A stretch of DNA of 64,000 bases. Source: Dehalococcoidia bacterium. GTDB taxonomy: Bacteria > Chloroflexota > Dehalococcoidia > E44-bin15. The notes under the pieces are model-generated. The model was not told the DNA's origin. It saw nothing but the letters and a program-made list of their open reading frames with translations, and made no database searches. The translations under genes were made by a program, and so were the position numbers. The DNA lies in contig JBAZEO010000001.1 in the NCBI GenBank assembly GCA_041653935.1, positions 618,268 through 682,267 on the forward strand. Reading direction: 5' to 3'. Shown in pieces: positions 1 to 9,187 of this stretch. Each line of letters opens with the position of its first letter. Within the stretch, counting starts at the first letter, position 1.

Positions 1-1
1 G

Positions 2-1156
2 GAAAAACGCGTCTTAGTGCGCGTCGATCTGAACGTGCCTTTGGATGAAAACACCGGCGCGATCTTGGACGACACGCGCATAAAGGCAGTAATCCCAACA
101 ATTAGATATCTCATCGAAAATAAGGCTATGATTATTCTGTGTTCACACCTCGGACGGCCGAACGGCAAGGTAATCGAGTCGATGCGCATGGCTCCAGTAG
201 CGAAGCGTCTGGCATCAATAATAGAAAAGCCCGTGGCGACAACGAGCGACTGCATCGGCAATGAGGCGGAGAAAGCCGCTACGAACCTCAAGAATGGAGA
301 CCTCCTACTGCTCGAGAACCTGCGTTTCCATGTTGAAGAGGAGAAAAACGATCCCGAGTTCTCCAAGGCGCTGGCAAAGCTGGCTGACATATATGTCAAC
401 GATGCCTTCGGCACGGCGCACCGCGCACACGCTTCCACAGTAGGCGTTACAAAGTACATTCCTTCGGTATCCGGATTCCTGATGCAAAAAGAGATCGAGG
501 TCATGGGCAAGGCATTGACCAATCCAACACGCCCATTTGCCAGCATCATCGGAGGCGCCAAGATAAGCGATAAGATCGGCGTTCTGGATAATATATTAGA
601 AAAGGTAAACACATTGCTCATCGGCGGCGGCATGGTTGCGACCTTCCTCAAAGCGATGAACTACGGGAGCGGCAAATCCTCGGTCGAGGAGGACAAACTA
701 GACCTTGCCAGGCAGCTCATGGACAAAGCAAAAACAAAGGGCGTAAAACTGCTTCTTCCTATCGATATCGTCGTCGCCGATAGATTCGCCGCCGATGCCA
801 AATCAAAGACCGTGCCCATCGATAAGGTTCCCGACGACTGGTTCATAATGGATATCGGGCATAAAACCATCGACCTGTTCGAGAGCGAACTTAAGAAGTG
901 CAAAACGATCATCTGGAATGGCCCGATGGGCGTTTTTGAATATCCCAAGTTCAGCAGGGGCACCGCAAGCATCGCTAAAACGCTGGCCGGTTTGAAGGCT
1001 ACTACCATAATCGGCGGCGGCTCTACTGCCGAGGCAGTAGAGGAGATGGGGCTGGCGGACAAGATGACGCACGTCTCAACAGGTGGTGGAGCTTCACTTG
1101 AATTTCTCGAAGGCAAAACGCTCCCTGGAGTAGCCGCGCTTCAAGATAAGAAATAA
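2..1156 (+). CDS. pgk: Phosphoglycerate kinase, 5-prime end cut by window edge
   Basis: ORF 17..1156 stays open in frame back to base 2 ([13 protein letters not shown]). RVDLNVP N-terminal motif and [15 protein letters not shown]-terminal motif are typical of Pgk. Confidence 0.95.
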   Translation, partial: EKRVLVRVDLNVPLDENTGAILDDTRIKAVIPTIRYLIENKAMIILCSHLGRPNGKVIESMRMAPVAKRLASIIEKPVATTSDCIGNEAEKAATNLKNGDLLLLENLRFHVEEEKNDPEFSKALAKLADIYVNDAFGTAHRAHASTVGVTKYIPSVSGFLMQKEIEVMGKALTNPTRPFASIIGGAKISDKIGVLDNILEKVNTLLIGGGMVATFLKAMNYGSGKSSVEEDKLDLARQLMDKAKTKGVKLLLPIDIVVADRFAADAKSKTVPIDKVPDDWFIMDIGHKTIDLFESELKKCKTIIWNGPMGVFEYPKFSRGTASIAKTLAGLKATTIIGGGSTAEAVEEMGLADKMTHVSTGGGASLEFLEGKTLPGVAALQDKK

Positions 1157-1185
1157 CACGAGTTGGTTCAAAAGAGGTCAATGAT

Positions 1186-2400
1186 ATGATCAGCTTAAAA
1201 CAACTAAAGCAAGTAGCGGAATCCACCCCATCAAAGATCGTCTTTCTAGTGATGGACGGACTTGGGGGACTGCCGCATCCTGATACAGGCAAAACGGAGC
1301 TTGAGAGCGCCCGCAGGCCGAACCTCGACAAGCTGGCAAAGGACGGCATCTGCGGCATGAGCACAACCGTCAGCGCCGGCATCACACCCGGCAGCGCACC
1401 CGGACATCTGGCCATATTCGGATACAACCCGCTCGAACCGAAATACCAGATAGGTCGAGGTGTGTTAGAGGCCCTTGGAATCGGCTTCGATTTAAAGAAT
1501 GGGGACCTGGCGATCAGGGGCAATTTCTGCACCATCGATAAGGCCGGGCTGATAACCGACCGCAGGGCGGGCCGCATACCGACGGAAAAGTGCGAAGAGC
1601 TGTGCGCAAAGCTGAGCAAGATCAGAGTTAAGGGAGCCGAGACCTTTGTCAGCCCGGTTAAGGAACACCGTTTCGTGCTTGTTTTCCGAGGCAAGAACCT
1701 TCTCCCTGACATCAACGACACCGACCCGCAGAAACTGGGAGTGGCGCCATTGCCGGCAATTCCGAATCAATCTGCTGCTAAAACGACAGCCGCTATAGTG
1801 AATGAGTTTTTGGGCAAAGCAAGGAAAGTTCTGTCAGATGAGCGCCCGGCGAACATGGTGCTGCTGCGCGGCTTCGCCAAGTACCCGCCCGCAGTGCCGC
1901 CGATGTCCAAGGTTTTCAATCTCAAACCGGCGGCCATCGCTATATACCCCATGTATCGCGGGCTGGCTAAAGTGGTAGGCATGGATATACTACAGGCGGG
2001 AAGCACAATAAAGGATGAATTCTCCACTGTAGTCAAAAACTACGACAAATACGATTTTTTCTTCATCCACATAAAAGGCACAGACAGCGCCGGAGAGGAC
2101 GGTGACTTCGCGCGCAAGGTCAGCGTTATCGAGGAGGTGGATCGGGAACTGCCCATGCTCATCGATCTCAAACCCGATGTCATTGTCGTCACAGCCGATC
2201 ACTCCACCCCGGCGTTGCTTAAGGGCCACAGCTGGCACCCCGTGCCGTTCCTGCTGTGTTCGAAGTGGTGCCGCCGCGATGACGTTCAGGAGTTCTCCGA
2301 GAGCGCCTGCGTCCACGGAGCGCTGGGTGTATTCCCCGCAACGGATATCATACCGCTGGCGCTGGCGAATGCGCTCAAGCTGGATAAATATGGAGCGTAG
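1186..2400 (+). CDS. apgM: Cofactor-independent phosphoglycerate mutase, archaeal type (ApgM family)
   Basis: 404 aa. N-terminal VMDGLGG metal-site motif, TADHSTP near the C-terminus, AAGAGG-like RBS 8 nt upstream. Sits between pgk and tpiA. Confidence 0.85.
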   Translation: MISLKQLKQVAESTPSKIVFLVMDGLGGLPHPDTGKTELESARRPNLDKLAKDGICGMSTTVSAGITPGSAPGHLAIFGYNPLEPKYQIGRGVLEALGIGFDLKNGDLAIRGNFCTIDKAGLITDRRAGRIPTEKCEELCAKLSKIRVKGAETFVSPVKEHRFVLVFRGKNLLPDINDTDPQKLGVAPLPAIPNQSAAKTTAAIVNEFLGKARKVLSDERPANMVLLRGFAKYPPAVPPMSKVFNLKPAAIAIYPMYRGLAKVVGMDILQAGSTIKDEFSTVVKNYDKYDFFFIHIKGTDSAGEDGDFARKVSVIEEVDRELPMLIDLKPDVIVVTADHSTPALLKGHSWHPVPFLLCSKWCRRDDVQEFSESACVHGALGVFPATDIIPLALANALKLDKYGA

Positions 2401-2401
2401 C

Positions 2402-3160
2402 ATGAGAAAGCTATTTATCGCGGGCAACTGGAAGATGAACACCACGCTGATGGAGGCCGTCGACCTCGTGAATGAAATGAAAGAGCCGCTCGATCGTATC
2501 GATAACGTCGATAAGGTTGTCTGCCCCCCGTTCATCTCTATAGCTGTAATCTCCGAGATCCTCATGGATTCGTCCATCAAAGTGGGTGCGCAGAATATGT
2601 ATTTCAAAGAGAAGGGCGCATTCACGGGTGAGATATCGCCGGCAATGTTAGTCGACATTTGCGAATACGTCATCATCGGGCATTCCGAGCGAAGGCAATA
2701 TTTCAACGAGACAGATGAGACCGTTAATAAAAAGGTCAGGGCGGCGCTGGATGCAGAGCTGAAACCGATCATATGCGTCGGCGAGAACCTGGAGCAGAAC
2801 CAGAGAAAAGAAACGGAAGAAATCGTAACAGGCCAGGTAAGGAAAGCCCTTGACGACATCAGCTATTCGCCCGCAATCGTAATCGCCTATGAGCCGATCT
2901 GGGCTATCGGCACGGGCAAAGCGTCCACGGGAATAGATGCCAACACTACTATAAAAATTATCAGAAATACGATAGCCGACATATACAATGGCAGGGCAGC
3001 CCAGGATATGCGCATACTGTACGGAGGCAGCGTGACCGCCGCCAATATCGGCGAATTCATCAATCAACCCGAGATCGACGGCGGTCTGGTAGGCGGCGCC
3101 AGCCTCAAAGCGAAAGAATTCATCAGCATGGTGGAGCAGGCAGCATCGATCCGGAAATGA
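2402..3160 (+). CDS. tpiA: Triosephosphate isomerase
   Basis: MRKLFIAGNWKMN start, IIGHSERR and AYEPIWAIGTG motifs. The track ORF 2102..3160 is a 5-prime over-extension overlapping apgM; ATG at 2402 lies just after the apgM stop. Confidence 0.95.
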   Translation: MRKLFIAGNWKMNTTLMEAVDLVNEMKEPLDRIDNVDKVVCPPFISIAVISEILMDSSIKVGAQNMYFKEKGAFTGEISPAMLVDICEYVIIGHSERRQYFNETDETVNKKVRAALDAELKPIICVGENLEQNQRKETEEIVTGQVRKALDDISYSPAIVIAYEPIWAIGTGKASTGIDANTTIKIIRNTIADIYNGRAAQDMRILYGGSVTAANIGEFINQPEIDGGLVGGASLKAKEFISMVEQAASIRK

Positions 3161-4089
3161 GCCGCATCATAGCCATAGTAGGGCCCACCGCTACGGGCAA
3201 GAGCGCTCTGGCTGTCGGGCTGGCGTTGGCGCTCGGCGGCGAGATAGTGAGCGCGGACAGCCGTCAGGTATACAAATACATGGACATCGGCACCGCCAAG
3301 CCGAGCCGCGAAGACCGCACGAAAGTACCACATCATATTATTGACATAACTACACCAAATGAAGATTTCACGCTCGCAACCTATCAAGAGCTGGCCTTTG
3401 AAGCGATAGCGGATATCCAGCGGAGGGGCAAGCTGGCTCTTCTGGTGGGAGGTAGCGGCCTGTACGTGCGGGCTGTGACCGGCGGCCTCAGTATCCCCAA
3501 GGTCGCCCCTGATCCTGAACTGAGACACAAGCTCGAAGAGAGGGCGGCGCAGGAAGGTTACCAATATCTATACAACGAACTGCAGAAAGCCGACCCGTCA
3601 GCCGCCGAGAAGATCGACCCGCGCAACGTACGCCGCGTGATACGCGCCCTGGAGGTTTGCCTTACCGCCGGCGTCCCTTTCTCACAGCTCCAACAATCAT
3701 CACCCAAAATATCAACACTGATAACAGGCCTAACCACATCGAGGGACGACCTGTACCGCAGAATTGACTCAAGGGTCGATCAAATGATAGAGCGCGGGCT
3801 GGTCGATGAGGTTAAAGGATTACTCGACCGCGGCTACTCGCCGGAGCTGCCCGCGATGTCGGGTCTCGGCTACAAACAGATCATCAGCCATCTCAAAGGA
3901 GGTACAAGCCTTGAGGAAGCGATACAACGTATCAAGTTTGAGACGCACCGTTTTGCACGCAACCAGTACGCATGGTTCCGGCCCAAAGACGAGCACATAC
4001 ACTGGTTCGATATAAGAGAGGCCCCACTGGAACCGATCCTCAGTCTTATAGTACAATTTACGAGCAGCAGGGGCGATAACTTAACATAA
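3157..4089 (+). CDS. miaA: tRNA dimethylallyltransferase
   Basis: P-loop GPTATGKS, SADSRQVYKYMDIGTAKP motif. ATGA overlap with the tpiA stop. Confidence 0.93.
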   Translation: MSRIIAIVGPTATGKSALAVGLALALGGEIVSADSRQVYKYMDIGTAKPSREDRTKVPHHIIDITTPNEDFTLATYQELAFEAIADIQRRGKLALLVGGSGLYVRAVTGGLSIPKVAPDPELRHKLEERAAQEGYQYLYNELQKADPSAAEKIDPRNVRRVIRALEVCLTAGVPFSQLQQSSPKISTLITGLTTSRDDLYRRIDSRVDQMIERGLVDEVKGLLDRGYSPELPAMSGLGYKQIISHLKGGTSLEEAIQRIKFETHRFARNQYAWFRPKDEHIHWFDIREAPLEPILSLIVQFTSSRGDNLT

Positions 4090-4097
4090 GGTGGGAA

Positions 4098-5297
4098 ATG
4101 TCTAAAAAATCGCGTACATACGATACAGACCCGCCAAATGCGAAGAGGCAGCTTCATTCGACGCGACCATCGATAGAGAAAGCATTCCTCGTAGGCGTAG
4201 AGATCAAAGGCAGCGCAGTGAAGTGGTCGGCTGAAGACTCCATCGAAGAGCTGGCGCAGCTGGCACAAACGGCTGGCGCAAAGGTGGAAGGCGCGATCAT
4301 CCAGCACGTGCAAAGACTGAACCACGCGTACTACATGGGCCAGGGTAAGGTAGAAGAGCTTGCTGCAATGCGCGATGAGGTCGGATATAACCTCGTTATC
4401 TTCGACGACGAGCTTTCGCCATTACAGCAGCGTAACCTTGAAGATGCACTCGAGGTGAAAATAATCGACCGCACAGCCCTGATACTCGATATCTTTGCCA
4501 AACGTGCACAAACACGCGAGGGCCGCCTGCAGGTGGAGCTGGCACAACTTCAGTATCTGCTACCGCGATTGGTTGGACAGTGGAGCCACCTGGAACGCCT
4601 CGGCGGCGGCATCGGCACCAGGGGTCCCGGCGAGTCGCAGCTGGAGACGGACCGAAGGATCATCAAGCACAAGATTATGCGCCTGCAGGACGAAATCGAA
4701 GGCATAAGGAAACACCGTGCACTTTATCGCAGGCAACGCACAACACGCGCCATACCGGTTGTATCCATAGTCGGCTATACCAACTCAGGAAAAAGCACTC
4801 TTATGAACGCGCTTAGCAAAGCCAGCGTTCTTGTTGAGGATAAACTATTCGCCACCCTCGATCCCACCACAAGGAAAATCACGCTGCCGAATCAGCAGGA
4901 GATACTCTTGACCGACACTGTGGGATTTATTCAAAAGCTGCCTACAATGCTGGTGGCCGCATTCAGGGCCACACTGGAGGAATTGAACGAAGCCGACCTT
5001 CTGCTGCATGTAATAGACATCACGCATAGAAACGCAGCCGAGCAGAGCGCAACAGTTGAGCAGATACTTCAGGAACTCAAACTGGATAACAAACCGAGGA
5101 TCGAAGTCCTCAATAAGCTCGACCTGGCGGTGCCCGACGAAAATGAAATGGGGGAATTCATTTCAAAAAATTCCGCCGGGGAAAAAGATTCCGTCCTGAT
5201 TTCTGCGGCCAAAAAATGGGGGCTGAAAGCACTTCTGGAAAAGATCGCTTTTGTACTCTCGGAAAGTGGTTCGCACAATAGAGGTTATGTCGAATAA
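4098..5297 (+). CDS. hflX: GTPase HflX
   Basis: HflX N-domain followed by a G domain: GYTNSGKST (G1), DTVGF (G3), NKLD (G4). Confidence 0.92.
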   Translation: MSKKSRTYDTDPPNAKRQLHSTRPSIEKAFLVGVEIKGSAVKWSAEDSIEELAQLAQTAGAKVEGAIIQHVQRLNHAYYMGQGKVEELAAMRDEVGYNLVIFDDELSPLQQRNLEDALEVKIIDRTALILDIFAKRAQTREGRLQVELAQLQYLLPRLVGQWSHLERLGGGIGTRGPGESQLETDRRIIKHKIMRLQDEIEGIRKHRALYRRQRTTRAIPVVSIVGYTNSGKSTLMNALSKASVLVEDKLFATLDPTTRKITLPNQQEILLTDTVGFIQKLPTMLVAAFRATLEELNEADLLLHVIDITHRNAAEQSATVEQILQELKLDNKPRIEVLNKLDLAVPDENEMGEFISKNSAGEKDSVLISAAKKWGLKALLEKIAFVLSESGSHNRGYVE

Positions 5298-5418
5298 GGC
5301 ACACTGAGAAGGGGTTGTGTTGACATAATGCTTGACTATTTATCTATAAGGGACTGTATATCGACAATGTTTTCAGGCTTCGCCTAGAGCCACCACAACC
5401 ACACCACAATCGCTATTA

Positions 5419-5571
5419 TTACTTCTGACCACCCACTGCTTTAGCGATCTTCACCATGGCACACTCGCCGTGAGTCCACCACGCACATCTCTCCTCCCTG
5501 CACAACCCCGGTGTCCCATCTTCTCTGACCGGTGCTATCGGGCATGTCTTTTTAATTTCTGGTGCGCCCAT
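5419..5571 (-). CDS. Small Cys-rich hypothetical protein, 50 aa (below track cutoff)
   Basis: Hand translation gives MGAPEIKKTCPIAPVREDGTPGLCREERCAWWTHGECAMVKIAKAVGGQK. ATG at 5571 is preceded by GGGGGAGG 5 nt upstream and the ORF ends in TAA. It has four Cys and sits in an otherwise empty 425-nt gap. Confidence 0.5.
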   Translation of the reverse strand: MGAPEIKKTCPIAPVREDGTPGLCREERCAWWTHGECAMVKIAKAVGGQK

Positions 5572-5663
5572 GATGTGCCTCCCCCTTTTTATGGCCTATT
5601 TGAATTAATGGGTATGAAATAGGCGCTTATATTATTATTGTTTATCTATTATACTACAAATCA

Positions 5664-5692
5664 TTGCTGTTATATGATACTGAGTTTATAAT
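5664..5692 (+). promoter_or_regulatory. Sigma-70-like promoter upstream of ctpA
   Basis: TTGCTG (5664-5669), 17-nt spacer, TATAAT (5687-5692), in an AT-rich divergent intergenic region. Confidence 0.5.
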
Positions 5693-5723
5693 TGTACAGC
5701 ATCAATCGCGAACAGGAAACAGA

Positions 5724-6893
5724 ATGAAATTAAACCGAAGCATACCGACCATAGCCCTCGCAATCCTTATCGCACTGTCTTTTATTGCCGGTTTCGCTTA
5801 TTCTTCACTCATATCGCCGAATAGTGGTGATTTGCCTGAGGAATTCGATCCCTTGATAGAGGTATGGACTCTCCTTGAACAGAATTATGTCAATCAGAGC
5901 GCACTCGACGCCGAGGAACTGGCGCAGGGCGCCATAGATGGTATGCTTAATGCCCTGGATGATCCATACACAGCATATTACTATGACTATGAAGAATTCT
6001 ATGATTATCTCGAAGGCTCATTCGAGGGCATCGGAGCTTATGTCTCTAAAGATGATGGGCCGTTAACCATCATATCCCCTATCGCGGGAAGCCCTGCAGA
6101 ACAGGCTGGAATCAAAGCAGGAGATATAATACTCGAGATTGACGGCGAACCTACCGATGATCTTACAGTAACCGAAGCAGTATTAAAGATAAGAGGACCC
6201 AAAGGGACCACCGTAACACTTCTTATCCAGCATGATAGTGAAAGCGACCCCGTTGAAATGCAGATTGTGCGCGACGAGATCACAGAACCCAGTGTTGATT
6301 ATGAATCCTTGCCTGATAACATCGGATACATACAAATAACGCAGTTTGCCAGCAGCACTGTTGCTGATTTTCAGGCAGCATTGACCGATATAATAGATTA
6401 TGGCAGCAATGGGCTCATTCTCGACTTGAGAGGCAATCCCGGCGGTTTTCTGGACGTTGTCGCTGATATAGCCGATGAGTTTCTTGATAGCGGTATCATC
6501 CTCTACGTGGCCAATGATAACCTGGAAATCTTCGAGGAATACCCTGCAGAATCAGGTGGGATAGCTACTGATATCCCTCTCGCCGTGCTTGTCGACGGAG
6601 GCAGCGCCAGCGGCAGCGAGGTCCTCGCCGGCGCGCTGCAGGATTACGGGCGTGCTGCGATCATCGGCACACAGACATTCGGAAAAGGCAGCGTCAATCA
6701 GCCGAGAGAGCTCGCCGACGGTTCCGCCCTATACCTGACTACAGCCCGATGGCTTACTCCTGATAAGCATTTGATAGAAGGAATCGGTATTACGCCGGAC
6801 TATGAAGTGGAATTCAGCGAAGAAGACTGGGATAACGGCATCGACAACCAGCTTGATTATGCGGTCGAATATCTGAAATCATTGATGCAATGA
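5724..6893 (+). CDS. ctpA: Carboxyl-terminal processing protease (S41 family) with N-terminal membrane anchor and PDZ domain
   Basis: Hydrophobic N-terminus, PDZ-like GSPAEQAGIKAGDIILEIDG, S41 core LDLRGNPGG and GSASGSEVLAGALQD. Start chosen at MKLNRS (AGGAAAC RBS) rather than track start 5664. Confidence 0.9.
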   Translation: MKLNRSIPTIALAILIALSFIAGFAYSSLISPNSGDLPEEFDPLIEVWTLLEQNYVNQSALDAEELAQGAIDGMLNALDDPYTAYYYDYEEFYDYLEGSFEGIGAYVSKDDGPLTIISPIAGSPAEQAGIKAGDIILEIDGEPTDDLTVTEAVLKIRGPKGTTVTLLIQHDSESDPVEMQIVRDEITEPSVDYESLPDNIGYIQITQFASSTVADFQAALTDIIDYGSNGLILDLRGNPGGFLDVVADIADEFLDSGIILYVANDNLEIFEEYPAESGGIATDIPLAVLVDGGSASGSEVLAGALQDYGRAAIIGTQTFGKGSVNQPRELADGSALYLTTARWLTPDKHLIEGIGITPDYEVEFSEEDWDNGIDNQLDYAVEYLKSLMQ

Positions 6894-6971
6894 TACCGCA
6901 CCCGACCGAGTCCTCTTTCGTCGCCAGCCCTCGATCATTGTCGCTATTTACAGTAAGTGTTAAAATAGATT

Positions 6972-7421
6972 ATGAAGCTGATAGCCAATAACCGCAAAGC
7001 TTACCACGATTACATCATCCTTGAAAGCTTCGAGGCCGGCATTGTCTTGACCGGAACCGAGATAAAATCCATCCGGGCGGGGCGGGTCAACTTAAAAGAA
7101 GGATACGCCAGAGCCGACGGCGGCGAGTTGTGGCTATACAATGTACATATTTCAAAGTACGATCCGGGCAGCAGATACAATCACGAGCCCACGCGCACCA
7201 GGAAGCTGCTGCTCCATCGCAACCAGATAAACGACCTGGCCGGAAAGGCCTCCCAGAAGGGGTTCACGTTAGTTCCGTTAAAGCTGTACCTTAACAAAAA
7301 AGGAATCGCAAAGGTGGATATCGGCCTGGCCAGGGGCAAGAAGGTCTATGACAAGCGTGAGACCATGAGCCAGCGCCAGGCTGATCGCGAGATGGAACGC
7401 GCCATCAAGACGAACAAATAA
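6972..7421 (+). CDS. smpB: SsrA-binding protein SmpB
   Basis: 149 aa. [14 protein letters not shown] and Lys/Arg-rich C-terminal tail. Lies immediately upstream of the tmRNA. Confidence 0.95.
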   Translation: MKLIANNRKAYHDYIILESFEAGIVLTGTEIKSIRAGRVNLKEGYARADGGELWLYNVHISKYDPGSRYNHEPTRTRKLLLHRNQINDLAGKASQKGFTLVPLKLYLNKKGIAKVDIGLARGKKVYDKRETMSQRQADREMERAIKTNK

Positions 7422-7444
7422 AAATAATTGCGATTCCAAATACC

Positions 7445-7792
7445 GGGGACGAGTGGCTTCGACAGAGTCGGAGTGCTCTAGGATTGCAGGCCGAGCTGCC
7501 ATTACCTCGTAAAACTGGTGGCAAAAAAGTAACTGATAAAGAATTCGTCTACGCAAGTTAAGCGCTGACACACCACCTGACTCTCACCCGGCGGACGAGG
7601 GCTGGTGACGATTAGCCGGGCTGCGGCGAGCGCAACGCCGATAGCGTCCGCCAAAGTAAAAATTCGGCTGGTTTGGGTATGCGCGGCCGACAGTGCATGC
7701 TCAGGCGAGAAAATAATCGCCGGATAAGCTTGTAGTATATCCTGAGTTTGCCTTCTCTGGACGGGGAGTTCGACCCTCCCCCGTCTCCACCA
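7445..7792 (+). ncRNA. ssrA: tmRNA (transfer-messenger RNA, one-piece)
   Basis: 5-prime GGGGACGAGTGGCTTCGAC and 3-prime GGACGGGGAGTTCGACCCTCCCCGTCTCCACCA (T-arm plus acceptor plus CCA). 23 nt after the smpB stop. Internal short reading frame ends in TAA at about 7551. Confidence 0.93.
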
Positions 7793-7800
7793 AACAATTC

Positions 7801-7836
7801 GAGCCTCTGGTTTGGCGAAAATCAGGGGCTCTTTTT
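7801..7836 (+). terminator. Intrinsic terminator of ssrA
   Basis: GAGCCTCTG (7801-7809) pairs with CAGGGGCTC (7823-7831), followed by TTTTT. Confidence 0.75.
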
Positions 7837-7905
7837 ATTGCCGACACTAATAATACTCGCCTATTCAAATAGACCGTTAAAATCAAATAAAACACCAGTT
7901 AAGTA

Positions 7906-7933
7906 TTGACTTTATTAATTTTTTCTGTATAAT
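7906..7933 (+). promoter_or_regulatory. Sigma-70-like promoter of the DUF2089 operon
   Basis: TTGACT (7906-7911), 16-nt spacer, TATAAT (7928-7933) preceded by TG, in a very AT-rich stretch. Confidence 0.5.
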
Positions 7934-7983
7934 ATATTAAAAAGGTTAATTATCTACTTAATAAATATTAATGGCGGTGAAAA

Positions 7984-8349
7984 ATGGCTCAAGACTGGCA
8001 GAAGCTGACAAAAATGACACAGGGCAAACCGATAACTGTGGAACGCATCCGTCTGGTAGACAGCGACATCGCCATTGAGGGCAGCTTTACGCTCCCGCCT
8101 CTGGCCAATCTTTCGTCAGAGGACCAGGTTTTCGTGATGGCCTTTGTCCGCTGTCACGGCTCTATCAAGGATATGGAAGAAATGTTCGGCATAAGCTATC
8201 CCACCGTGAAAAACCGGATTAACCGCATCGCCCAACAGCTTGAGCTCATCGAGATAGTAGTAGATGTATCGCCCACCGAAGAAGTGATCGGCGAGCTCGA
8301 AAGCGGAAAAATTTCGCCCGATGAGGCAATAAGGAGGTTATCGAAATGA
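7984..8349 (+). CDS. DUF2089-like HTH protein
   Basis: 121 aa. Central segment LSSEDQVFVMAFVRCHGSIKDMEEMFGISYPTVKNRINRI looks like the DUF2089 helix-turn-helix. GGTGA RBS. Confidence 0.6.
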   Translation: MAQDWQKLTKMTQGKPITVERIRLVDSDIAIEGSFTLPPLANLSSEDQVFVMAFVRCHGSIKDMEEMFGISYPTVKNRINRIAQQLELIEIVVDVSPTEEVIGELESGKISPDEAIRRLSK

Positions 8350-8624
8350 ATCGACCGCCAGCCTGGATAAAGATCAAAATTCAAGGAGAGCGCGGAGGAT
8401 TCAGACTGTGGCTGCCGCTCTTTCTGCTGCTGCCGCTGGCGCTGGTAGTTACGATCATCCTCTCGCCGCTGATACTGATCGCCGTGCTTATTCTCTGGCC
8501 CAGCGGGTGGGGAAAGTGGGCGCTATCTGTCCTGAGGGCTGCCTACAATGTATTCTGCTCAATGCGCGGCCTCAAGGTCGACATTCAGAGCCGCCGCGAA
8601 ACCGTTTATATCTCTATTCAATAA
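8346..8624 (+). CDS. Small membrane protein (2 predicted TM)
   Basis: 92 aa. ATGA overlap with the upstream gene and a hydrophobic core LWLPLFLLLPLALVVTIILSPLILIAVLILW. Confidence 0.6.
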   Translation: MNRPPAWIKIKIQGERGGFRLWLPLFLLLPLALVVTIILSPLILIAVLILWPSGWGKWALSVLRAAYNVFCSMRGLKVDIQSRRETVYISIQ

Positions 8625-8647
8625 TTAATAAAGAGGAGGACACTGCA

Positions 8648-9091
8648 ATGTCTGAGAACAGAAAGAAGATTTTAGAGATGCTGGACGAGAAAAAGATAAG
8701 CGTTGATGATGCCTATCGCCTGCTCAACACAATCGATTCTGCCGAGACCAGCCGGGAAGGCACATCGAAGACGGGAACGGCGACTAAGTCTAAGCCCAAA
8801 TATCTGCGAGTAACCATAATTCCCGACCCCGATCACGAACACAGCCAGGATGTCGATCGTGTCAACGTGCGCGTGCCCATGTCGCTGATACGTTCCGGCA
8901 TCAAGCTGACCTCACTTATACCGACAGAGGCCAGAGATAAAGTAGATGGGGCTTTAAAGGAAAAGGGCATCGACTTCAACACGCGCAACATGAAGCCTGA
9001 AGACATCGAGGAGCTTATCGAGTCTTTAAGCGAGCTTGAAGTGGACATAATAAGCAGCAAGGGGGAGAAGGTAAGGGTATTTGTCGAATAG
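8648..9091 (+). CDS. SHOCT-like domain protein
   Basis: 147 aa from ATG 8648 (AGGAGGA RBS 7 nt upstream). N-terminal ILEMLDEKKISVDDAYRLL is a SHOCT-type helix pair. Track ORF 8408..9091 is a 5-prime over-extension overlapping the previous gene. Confidence 0.6.
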   Translation: MSENRKKILEMLDEKKISVDDAYRLLNTIDSAETSREGTSKTGTATKSKPKYLRVTIIPDPDHEHSQDVDRVNVRVPMSLIRSGIKLTSLIPTEARDKVDGALKEKGIDFNTRNMKPEDIEELIESLSELEVDIISSKGEKVRVFVE

Positions 9092-9110
9092 AGAGCAATG
9101 AGACACCACT

Positions 9111-9168
9111 GTCTCCACCAAAAATAATTAGAGCCTCTGATATTATGTAAACCAGAGGCTCTTTTTTT
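9111..9168 (+). repeat. Direct repeat of the tmRNA 3-prime end plus terminator (att-like scar); also a bidirectional terminator
   Basis: GTCTCCACCAAA (9111-9122) is identical to tmRNA 7781-7792. It is followed by AATTAGAGCCTCTG..loop..CAGAGGCTCTTTTTTT, which parallels AATTCGAGCCTCTG..loop..CAGGGGCTCTTTTT after ssrA. Confidence 0.7.
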
Positions 9169-9187
9169 AGGATATTAAATCGTCTCT

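Noticed and set aside
2102-2401. 5-prime extension of the tpiA ORF (similar over-extensions at 8408-8647, 39449-39577, 59354-59416, 5664-5723)
   Set aside because: The extensions overlap upstream genes or promoters. Canonical N-termini with an RBS are present at internal ATG codons.
7793-9122. Search for an integrase or excisionase inside the ssrA-bounded islet
   Set aside because: None of the three ORFs, nor any frame in the AT-rich 7850-7980 stretch, shows recombinase motifs. The element is therefore described only as a scar or minimal islet, not as an active mobile element.
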